DNA of 64,000 nt from Rotaria socialis. Its lineage: Eukaryota. The position numbers and the translations under genes are program-made. Location: NCBI GenBank assembly GCA_905331295.1, contig CAJNYD010000074.1:124001-188000 (forward strand), read 5' to 3'. The notes beneath the pieces are model-generated. The model was given only the letters and a program-made list of their open reading frames with translations. It was not told the DNA's origin and did not search any database. Positions within the stretch are counted from its first letter, which is position 1, and each line of letters opens with the position of its first letter. This document shows positions 53,234 through 64,000 of the stretch, piece by piece.

Positions 53234-53795
53234 ATGAATTCTAAATATCTTGGTCTCCTGTTGATCTTTGGTTTATTATTCACATTAGCACAATGTGGAC
53301 GCTTAACACAACGTAATGATGATGATGACAGTAGTGACAACGATGAAACTGTGGTTCGTAGTATTAATGACGATGATAGTGACAGTGATGAAGCTGTTGT
53401 TCGTAGCATTGAAGATGCTGATGAAACAGATGACGAATCTTTACGTGGTAGGGAACATTTTCACTGGGTTTGTTTTGTTGTACATTGATCAGTTATTTGA
53501 ATTCTTAGAAGAAAAACGAGCTATTCACGAATTTCTTCAAGGTGAAGAAGAAGCAAGCGAATTTCTTGATCAATCTCGTCGACTCTTTACATCTGACACT
53601 AAAAGTCACATGAAGGATGCCAAAAAGAAGTAAAAAAAATGACAAAAATTCTCATATTTACATATTAGAGCGCATTTTATTTTTTAAAGATATGAAGAAA
53701 ACTGTGAACGTCTTCTCCATCCACGATATTGTCCTGATCTTGCCACATGGCCTGCTTGGAATCAAGCTTGGAGTGCCGCAACTGGCAAGAAATAG
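53234..53795 (+). CDS. Uncharacterised secreted prepropeptide, paralog 2 (146 aa) with acidic repeated pro-region
   Basis: Exons 53234-53447, 53509-53629, 53690-53795 (441 nt): MNSKYLGLLLIFGLLFTLAQCG...EEKRAIHEFLQGEEEASEFLDQSRRLFTSDTKSHMKDAKKKYEENCERLLHPRYCPDLATWPAWNQAWSAATGKK*; TATAAA ~53200. Confidence 0.85.
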
Positions 53796-54318
53796 AGCAG
53801 CAAATTTCTGTCCGTTTAATGCTTTGTTTTTTTTTTCATTCTTACTGAATAAAATTACTAATACCATCAAATAAAGCATCTTCTAAAACATAAAAAAAAT
53901 TGCTTATTTTGATGCCATGATGGCACGAAAAAGAAAGAGAATCGTTGTAATATATTCTGAGGAGTCTATCATAAAAGCGATTTGATTAATCATTACTATT
54001 TTTATTACACAAGGACGCATCGTCATATTTATGACTCTAGTGAGTTTATCGATATCGATATAGAACAATTAATATTCTATATTTTATATTTATTCATTTT
54101 GAATAGAAGACCTCTTTGTGTTCTTTATAAATGTAAAATACGGCTATTAATATATGTGTGATTGAGCTGAATTAATATGAATACGTTTCTCAACACTTTA
54201 AGGTTATAATTCAATTCGGATGAATCGTTCTCTTTTATATTAACATTTCATTTTTCTTGTTTATTTACAAAACAGAATTTATTTCAATCAAACAAACTAG
54301 TTATTATATTATCAATAG

Positions 54319-55702
54319 TTAATGTATATTCGATGAATATAAATCATAGGTGTCCGATAATGATGAACTTGTACTACTGCGTATGACTGGAAATGGATAG
54401 GCTAACGATGAATTTGATTTTTGTGTTATTTGATTATTGTTCCGTGCAGGTGGCTTTAGTTGAGTGGAAGTCGTCTGTAGCGTCTAAAACAAAAATAAAA
54501 CATAAGATAAGATTAAACTTAAATAGTTTGCTAAAAGAATCAACTTGTTGTGATGATTGCTCTGGTATTGATCGCACGATTTCTACACGATTTAATTCTT
54601 TTTCTTTTTCGAAATTCTTATCAACTGATACCGGTTTCATAATCTCGTCTTCTTTATTCATGGAAACATTTGATGATTCCTTAAAAAGGAAAAGAAAATA
54701 ATGATTCATTAGAAAAATGCACAAATATTCATGATTTACTTTAATGTCTGATTCTATGTGAGGTTCTTTTATGGATTCTAATGTTGATTCGTTAGTCTCC
54801 GGCAAATGAATACCCATTTCTTTTGCTTTTCTTAAACGTATTTTATTTAAACGATCAGACGTGATCGATTGCCGTTGTTCTTTTTCGTGAATAAATTTCG
54901 ATTTTTCATTTTTCGTATTTGTTCTTAGTTCATTTAATGTTGCCATTTGTTCAGCACGTTGTTTATCATCGGTAGAAAAGTTGTAATAACCAACACCATG
55001 TTCACGTTTCTCATCAAATAAAACATCTTGATAATGCAGCTGTGTTTTATCTCTTATTGCATCCATTTCAGCTTCCCATTTACTACGCATTTGTTGGCGA
55101 TGTAAACGTTCAACACGTTCAATTTCATTATCAGAGCTGTTCGATTGGGGTTTATCTTGAGAGATTTTCTTTTCAGATTTTTTAAATTCTTCGAATTCGT
55201 CTTGAGTAACTAAACGTGTACGTCCAAATGAATCTGTATATTCAACTTTATTAAGATGACGATTCGCTTCATAGATTTTTCGTTCGAAATCAACAAGAAA
55301 TGATTTGTCATTATCCTCATCACCATCATCTTCAGCTAATAATCTCATTTCACCATTTGACATTATTTGATCATATAGTTTGGATTTTGCTTCAAGCATT
55401 GCACGTGATTTAGCGAAAGCTATTTCATCTTGACGAGATAACGTTGATGCCGATGGTGGAGGCGCGACATCTTCAGTTTTCTTCTTCTTTTTTGATGTAC
55501 TAACAACTTCAATATCTAAATCTGACTTTGCTTTCAGTTTTAATGAACTTGATGTCGATTGTAAATTGTCAAGTATAGCCGATGAAGAAGTCGATGATGA
55601 TGATACTTTTTGAATATCTTGTTTTTTACGTAATAACTCAGCTTTTAAGGATAGGTATGAACTTGATGTATTATCATAAGTTTTTCTCTCTTCTTGATTC
55701 AT
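54319..55702 (-). CDS. CCDC174: Coiled-coil domain-containing protein 174
   Basis: SSYLSLKAELLRKKQ, LEAKSKLYD, FLVDFERK, VEYTDSFGRTR, LHYQDV...HGVGYYNFSTD...QMATLNELR; two short 3' introns; stop 54319-54321. Confidence 0.88.
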
Positions 55703-55795
55703 TCTGTTTTATCTGAAATAACAAAACAAAATCAATTAATCTCTTTGAGCTTTATTGGAATTACAAAAAGGAATGAATTAGAAAAAAAAGACGTA

Positions 55796-58700
55796 TCAAA
55801 ATTCGGCATGTTTATCACTATGTTTAAGTTTGACGCCAAGTTTTTTCGTAACAAGCATAGCAATATTTCTTGCACTAATCACTTCAATTTCCATACACGA
55901 TGAACTCCATTCCATTGCATTAAGATAAAAAATATTGTTATTGATTTGTATAGGTGGTAATTTTTGTGGATGTTCATATTTTGGATAGGCCAACCAAGGA
56001 ATATCTTGAATAAGTTTAAAATTTTCTTTATCAAATATTTGTTCGTAGTGTAACAAATTAAGTTCTTCTGGTGAAAATATTTTATATACAGATTTATCAG
56101 GTTTTTTGTTTTGTTCTTCATTTTGATTGACAGGTTGCTGTTGAGCAACACACCGGTATGGTAATGACGATTTTGTATAGAAAATCGCATTTAATCTTTG
56201 ACATTCATCATCTGTTAAATTATATTTTTGACAATCGAGTTTACCATGGAGAAAATTTGCATGTGTTGATTGCATTCGATAATCATATTGATTAAAACTA
56301 TCAATTGCTTGTAGGGCAAAATCCACAATATTATCACGATGGAGCGGAAAAGCAATAACAATATGATCATAATCAACAGAATGTACGAGGTCACTAGTAG
56401 ATGGCTGATAAGAAAGACGAACATTACCACCTTGATCGTCGGCATCAATACGATGAACTTCTGCAACACTTTTGACATAACCTTTGACGAATTGAACGTC
56501 AGATTGTTTTAATAGGTTTTCAAGCATTTTCTTAGGAACAAGATGATTACCACCTTCTACATGCCAAAGTGTAGAACCCGAGGCCATCAATGATACCAAA
56601 CCTAAAATGTTTTCATTTTACACTTGTGCATGTTTGTTTGTTTTTTACAGTTTATAGAAATCTTTAGAATATGTATTACAATATCGAATATTACGGGTTC
56701 AGCAAAGAAAGCAAAGTTATTTATTTATTGATTTGACTGTTCAAGCATATGCCAATCGAAAAACGAAAATTAAATTTTTCATTTGACAGCTGTCAATCAT
56801 TTAGATTATTTAAATTATGACAAGTCAAAAATTAAATCTTCGTCAAGGTTTTATGTATTAACCGTTTTATAACCTGTCTCCAATGTCTTGACGAACAACT
56901 GTGATATGTAACCTTGCTTATGTATGATTAAATGAAACAATAAGCTTCTGTCAAACAGACAGAGATATTCGTCCTTCCTACTGTAATCATAATTATCAAT
57001 GAAAGAAACAGTCTTTGTGACATTCAAAGAAAATTTCGTTTTTCACCAAAGACTAGAACTTCATCTATTATTCAAAAGTAACTGAAAGCAGGTCGTATAC
57101 GGATGACCTCGTTCGTTGTTGATATGGTACTAAAGTCAACAACGAATTTCCTTCAATTTGTTTTCATTTATAAAATCTTTAAGCTTATCGATATTGGTAA
57201 AAATCAAAAGTCTTGGTTTAACCAGATAAAAATTTTAGAAAAGAACTTGTTTGGAGATTACAAGATAACAATCAAGTAAAAAAGATTTTCTTCAAGACAC
57301 TGACTTTTTAGAGTTCAGTGTTTCTAAAATTTTATCTCATAGACGGTCTATAAGTTGGAATCTACTCAGAAGTATCTGCCGGAACTTGTTGGTCGCATAG
57401 AAAAAAATCATAGATGAGATTAGAATGGTCATATTTTATATTTATTTAAGGACAGAAAAGCCTAGAGATGTCGACATTTTATTTCCAATGGTCTGGCCAA
57501 TATAGTTAATAGAATAAATCAATAAAGACATATACTAATCATAATCAAAGATAAAAATATTTAGCTAATGGTGTCTAGAAATTCTTTATATTCAGATAGT
57601 TTATAGCTTCTGACAAAATCCTTGTCTTCTCAAATTTGGTCATATATTATCGAATAACAATAATATTTTTGTCGTTGTGACACATATGTAATATGAAGGT
57701 CGACAATTATTAGACGATGATATCATCTATCACACAGATACCTAGATGGATATCATTAGTCTTATTAGAATTCTGTCCGATTAGAAAACAAGTTATGGTA
57801 AAGAGATGATCTGTGAAATCTAATCAAACGATATTAATTCATGAGAATAAACTTTCGTTCATTGACAGTTCAGATCTTACCAGGAAAAGCATTTATTGCG
57901 TCAACTGATTGATCATAATTAACTAGTGTTGCCATTTGTGCGATTTCATCAATAAATCTTTTATGAAAACCTTTTTCAAATAGATACTTTCGAAATGAAT
58001 AACGTGTGGCTGCATAGAAATCTTGATCAAGCATTTGGAGAAATTCTTCCACTGTCTCAAATGTTCGTCCATTATCTTGATAATCATAGATGCTAAAAAC
58101 AATAGCAAGATCAACATGAATTTATTTCGGTAACAACGAAAAACAATTACCGAAGAAAATTTGATAGTTTTTTTTCAAGCCAAAACTTGAAACGAAATGC
58201 ATCTAGACCGTATCGCCATATAACATGAAATACACTTGGAATATAACGAGATAAAGTAGAGAACAAAGTCTGAGAACCATCATCGGTTATTAAATATGAA
58301 AATGAACTTGGCTGCTTAAGTTGTTTCAAACCTAAATATGCAAAAATCGATGTGTATGAATTTTAGTAAAACTTCATTTCGTATTAGAAGACAACTGTAT
58401 AAATATATATATATTGATATAAACTTCTTGTTTATTAGACGAAATCTTTATAAATTTACTGAAAAAAAAACACACACACACACTATGTATCAATCTTGAT
58501 ATTAAATCTCAATTAAAACGCAATGAAATTCTTTTGAATATGAAAATTAGTCAACAAGATATTATAGACGAATAATTCTAATAAAAGATTTAGTATCCTT
58601 CGATTATTCTTTGTTTGTAAATAAATAAGATCCATGAGACATGTAATGGTATACGTACATCTTGATGTCTATTCAACAAAAAGCAATGGATTAGCTACGT

Positions 58701-59782
58701 GCTGTTTTCATGTTCAAATCAGATTATTATATTACAAGCAGAAGAATTGTGAATTTCTTAATCAGTGATAGTGTTTCAAATACGTGTTCTTCAACAAAGC
58801 AGCAGTAAGTAAGTTTATATCGATCGTGAACTCTAACGCCCATGTAAAAAAAAGAAAATGCCTCCCAGAGATTACTCTTGATTATGAATATCTGACGTAA
58901 CATAAATATGTATTCTATACATAGAACGAATCAGCAAGTGTGAAAATTTTCTGCAATACAATACAAGTCCTTGAAATTCGCATACATCTTTGAAATCTTT
59001 TTTTTTGCACGAAGAACTTCTGTCTCGAATAACTTTTAGATTGGATACATGTAATTAGCAGTAGCTTGCTGACTGCAAATCTATGTAGTAGACTACATTA
59101 CTATGAAAAAACAACATACGCTATTGCAGTTAGTATTTCAGTGATACCACAAACGGTACTGCTAACTGTTCCATCCAATTTTTGTTCGTCATTTGCTGTC
59201 ATTATTTATATCAACACTGTGAATCTGTGATATTAGATAATTCTTCTTCTAACTATCTAAGCACAATATCTTTTTATTGATACTATCAAGAATGTACTAG
59301 ACATGACTTAGATTTTTTCCGTGAATAAATATATTCGATTTTATAAGTTTCATAGAAATTAAGAAGATTCTCTCACCTAATTCATCAGCAAGTCGTTTCA
59401 TATATAAATTTTTATCATGTATAATTGTTCCGCCAGCTTCATATTCATCTTCATCAATATTTAAGGTTCTCAATCTTCCTCCAACCTACAATTACTTGAT
59501 ATATGATGGGAACTGCTTTTTTTTCTTTAAAATTATGATGAACAAACTTGATCAGATTCATAAATCGTAATTGCTACAGAATCATTCAAATAATACTTTA
59601 ACCAATAAGCTGTTGATATGCCTCCAATTCCAGCACCAACAATTGCTAAACCAAAAAAGTCAAGAATTCTATTCCTTGTTAATTGCGTTAAACTTACCAA
59701 TATGCGTTTTGGGCGTTTCATCATGTTCGCATTGTACAATTACACAGAGAATTGATAGGATATATCCCAGACGTACTATCAT
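55796..59782 (-). CDS. PCYOX1: Prenylcysteine oxidase 1-like flavoprotein
   Basis: Signal peptide MIVRLGYILSILCVIVQC; FAD motif AIVGAGIGG; VGGRL, YEAGGTIIH, WRYG, VNYDQS..INAF, LWHVEGGN, WLAYPKY, FYLNAMEWSSSCMEIEVISARNIAML; C-terminal HAEF (ER-retention-like). Confidence 0.92.
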
Positions 59783-60094
59783 ATTTTTATCTGCAAATTA
59801 TTTCGAATACTCTCTGTCATAAAGAATAAATATATAGTGTTTTCTTCTTTTCTTAGTTCAAACTTCTTTCTTTGTTTTTCTCTTTCAAATATACATATAC
59901 TGGCAAATAACGGACAAACACAGATCAAAAAAAAGTAAAGAACAAAGATGAATACATGCACAGATAAAATTTTCTGACAAAAAAAACAAACAATAATAGA
60001 CGCCAAGGATACGATCATTCATCGAACGGAACCACAGGAAAAGAACACAAATTTTTCGTATAAAAAACTAATGATTAACCACAGATGTAGGAGC

Positions 60095-63000
60095 TTATTT
60101 AAGTCGTTGAGTTATATTAGCAAGAGCAACAGCAAATGCTTGTAAAGGTGAAAATGGCCATTCAAAATCGAGTGTATAACAATTATTTTCAATACGACCG
60201 AATTGAATAACCTAAATAATCCTAATGAGTATACACGCTTTTAGAAATTGTTAAATAACCTGTTTTCCTTTGAATTCAATTTGAAAATTTTTTGCTGATT
60301 CAAGTGTAACTCGGCCACCAAAATCCAACTGATACACTTGCGATTGTTCATTCCACAAACTTAAATTAAGCAAAATAGCATTAAAGAAAACTTCTAGATA
60401 TTTCTGTTTTAAAAATCTTACGGTGGACGATTTTGCATGACATAAAACGAATTTTCATTTTGATTATCTGCTCGATTTATTATTTGATCTAATTCTGATG
60501 AAGGTGATAATTTTGTCAATGAATCGTTCATGCCACTTGTACAGGTCATCATTCGATGCCGAGAACTTGAATATCGCTAAAATTGAAATTATTTTTATTG
60601 TCTGTCCAACGTAACAATAATAAAGATTAGATATGCACGGAACTGGTGAAAATAAAATTGCAGAATTTAGTTCTGTTGTCGAGAGAATAAAGTTTTCAGT
60701 ATTCATTTTTTTAGCCCCTATAAAATGTCCATTTTAGTGGTCATAGTCTCCGGACGTGGGGTGAGTTTTGTTCGACATATTTCCATTGAGAACTTCACTT
60801 ACTTTACGAAAAGTATTTATTTTTGCTGTTGAATTTTGATTGCGTGAATTATCTTCATGAGAAATTAACTTTTCATTTTCATTATCTGTTTGAATATCAT
60901 TATCTTCATTGGACAGTTTTCTTTGTAACGACGATGCAGATAAATATGAATTATCTGTCGTTGTTCGTGTTTGACAATGATATGTATGTTTTGTTGTTTG
61001 ATTTATTGCTGGATCACTTAAACTCAATTGTTTCTGTTGATTACTATTAAGTGAATATAAATTTCTATATGTTTCTGGTTCAAAACAACTTTCTGGTACA
61101 GTTGAAATAATTGAAGCAACTGGAATAGTAGTAGCAGCAGCAGTAGTTTCGCTAGCTATTTGATTATTTTGATTTTCGCTGCTATCATAACCGGATGAAT
61201 CATCAATCAGTAATGTTGTGGTTGCACTAGCTGTTGATGCATTTATATTATTTACAATCGACGGAAGTGTTATTGGTGGCGAACGATGGCGACAGTGAGT
61301 TGAATCATTTGTTGAAGTTCTTGAACATGTTCGAGTAAATTTTGGTGATAGTGGTTCTTTGACTTGAATACATGGTGGTGATATTGGACGAATGAAATTT
61401 GCTATTGAAGCTGCTGGAGATATTGAACGACTTAAATTGATTGGAGACGTTGACGATGAATTTGCTGTTGAGGAATCAGCATTTGTTTGTTGATGACGAG
61501 AATGATGATTTGTTATAGTATTGGCAGTCATTGACGTACGTGGAGAACGATAGGATGATATGTTTGTGAAGTTTTTTACCTGAGTTGAACATTTAGATTC
61601 GTATATAGACAATGAAGGTTGATTTTGTGATCGAAGTAAACATGAATGAACATTTTGCAACTGAGGAGACATCGGAGCAATTGGAATATTTGCAGCTATA
61701 TTCAATTTTGATGATGAAAGAACTAAATATAAATCTGACAAAACTTTGTTAGAGAAATGAATTTTTATCAAACCTGTAAGTGTTTCATCATCATCTTCTT
61801 CATCAATTTTATTACGCTTTTGCTGTTTTATTTTACGAACAGTTGGACTAATTAATTTTTGATTTTTCGTTCCTGCAGGCGATTGTATTGGCTTTCGATT
61901 ATTATAACTATTAGCTACGGTAACTGTCATTTGTCGTGGTTGCAAATGTAAAAATGATGTTTTGTAAGTAACACTTCCTAAAACCTCTGGTAAATAATTC
62001 GAATGACCATAGAATTTAAAACGGGTGCCCCAAATATTTGCAGCTATTGTACATAATCTGTTATTCTGTAAAACAAAAAAGAAAGAAACAAGTTACAAAC
62101 TTGATGCACTCGAAAAATTTTAAGAGCGGATACTTTTATCTTGATGATGATGATTAAAGACTTCCGACTTCCTAATTTTAGATACTTAATTATTTTAATA
62201 CGAAAAAAAACTGTAGGTATATATAGTAATTTAGAGAATGATATGTGATCTTTGACGTTTTAAAATGCATTATTTCCTTTGAATGAATACAAACGATATT
62301 AATTTAGTATCTATCATTATTTGAGCTCAAATCAAAACCAGAAGGAAGAAACGAAGGAAGAATAGCCTTGTATTTTAGCGCGTTCTTCTTGTCGACAGCT
62401 TTAACCTAGAGACAGATTCGATAGTCTGATATCTTACGTGCAATTATAACACACTATAACTTTGACGGGACGGAAAATATTTTAATTGTTAAACTCAATT
62501 TAATTTTTATATTCGATTAAAAAGAAAATTTAAAAAAATATGCATCTTGCATAGAATCTAAATGAAAAACTCAAGCGATAAGAGTTTACTCATTTCATAT
62601 CTATTTATATGATTAGACCTTTCATAATTATGCTTCTCGTTATTCATGTGTTTTATAGTCGAAATCATTTTATAGTTTTATGATTATAAATAAAAGTAGG
62701 TTGACTAGAGCATTTCGCTCCATTAAATAATCTGCTAGAAAATGGCAAGTTCAATGAATATATTTATTATCAAACTATGCCTAGTTCTGCAAGACTTTGA
62801 TCTAGAAAATTCCCATGATCTTTTTTTTTCTTCAAAATAATATGATTGTAATCATGACGTAGCATAACAAAAGATCTCCTTGAAGAATTCTTTTTCTTAC
62901 AGTTACTAGAAAGATCTTATTTTAGCTTGTTCTTTTCTCTCTATTATCATAATGTCAAATATAACATATACTGAGAATATAATAAGACTATTCGTATATA

Positions 63001-64000
63001 ATGATTTTCTTTCGTACAATTAATCTTAAATGATCGATTGTTTTCATTGAAAAAACAAACCAACAGTTTAGTAGAGATTTCCTACACTGATTTGAATAAT
63101 AATATATTTTAGGCAATTAACCGAAACAATGTTCTATATATATATATATATACAATCGCTATTAACAGATTCAATCTGTAGGAGATAGTTCTTAACATCA
63201 AAGCTAATAACGCAGCTAGAATTCTGCTTCATTAACCATATGTTAGACTATTAATCAGTATCATGACAATCTATTAGATACAGGCGTGCATGTTGAATCA
63301 AGGTTAAAAACTCGTTGTTTTTTTGTTTTTTCCTTACGTGTTTATGTTTAACAACTTTTGTCATAGTTGCTTTCTTTTTCGAAGATTTTTCTTGTGAATT
63401 TTTTCGAGATCCATCATCGTGTTTCAATTCTTGTTCGACATCCGAATCATTATCAGAACTACAACCTGAACTACTTCTATTTGTTACTAAATCATCACCA
63501 TTATTATTATTAACAGCATTATCAGCTACATATATTGAATTTCTATTTGTAATTAAACTTGAACGACTATTATTCGATAATTTTGTTTGTTTTCGTATTG
63601 ATGACATGTTATGAAATGTATCCGAACGTGATTTAAATGAAGAAAAATGTCTTTTTCTCGAAGGAGTTCTTGATGATGAAGTCGACTGATTCGTTTTCAT
63701 TTGCGGATCAAATATAATAAAATCTGGACAAATTTTTGATGTACGTTTTGCTGTCAATAACGGTATAAGACCACCGAGATATTCTAAATATAAAACATAA
63801 GTAGCTCCAGATAGATTAGTTGTTGGTATTGCTGATGAATTTTCTGTTTCATTATCAATACGTTTCATAGTGCATTGTAATCGAAGATGAGATTTTAATG
63901 GATTACATACAAATGAACGTAAAGTTTTTTGATCGGGCAAAAAACCTTTGATAGTTGAACGATAGAAACTTTGAAGGTTTTCTTTTAGATTATTTGGTAA
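60095..64000 (-). CDS. TULP4: Tubby-related protein 4-like (3' part; 5' end beyond the window)
   Basis: LRLQCTMKR...LYLEYLGGLIPLL..KRTSKICPDFIIFDP; NIWGTRFK..YKTSFLHLQPRQM; C-terminal LWNEQSQVYQLDFGGRVTLESAKNFQIE..QFGRI..YTLDFEWPFSPLQAFAVALANITQRLK*. Confidence 0.92.

Noticed and set aside
1..64000. CRISPR arrays, rRNA/tRNA genes, autonomous transposase ORFs
   Set aside because: No regular repeat-spacer arrays, tRNA cloverleafs, rRNA sequence or transposase/RT ORFs were recognised

Overview
AT-rich, gene-dense eukaryotic (animal) DNA with many ~55-65 nt GT-AG introns. The style suggests a bdelloid rotifer scaffold, but that is inference only. Spliced models were rebuilt by hand for PCF11 (5' part), a compact TAK1/MAP3K7-like kinase, POLDIP2 (with a Rab26/37 gene nested antisense in one intron), a SEC23IP/DDHD2-like phospholipase, an intronless Mpo1/DUF962 gene (HGT candidate), DCTN3, RPL5 (hosting four box C/D snoRNAs, three in a single intron), APBB/Fe65, RAD17 (with a nested antisense type-I membrane protein gene), MEF2, CCDC174, PCYOX1 and TULP4 (3' part). 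The window also holds several non-autonomous DNA transposons (hAT, CMC-like, HINE, a Helitron-like end) and two assembly artefacts at N bases. The most novel signal is a divergently oriented pair of paralogous 3-exon secreted prepropeptide genes at 46985-47451 and 53234-53795, which the ORF track largely misses. They share an AxEFL-dibasic site, a KYEExCE...RYCPDxxTW core and a C-terminal Gly-basic amidation signal, and they resemble Gla/osteocalcin-type precursors. Operon-like intergenic architecture at PCYOX1>CCDC174 and DDHD>POLDIP2 is the second candidate system.
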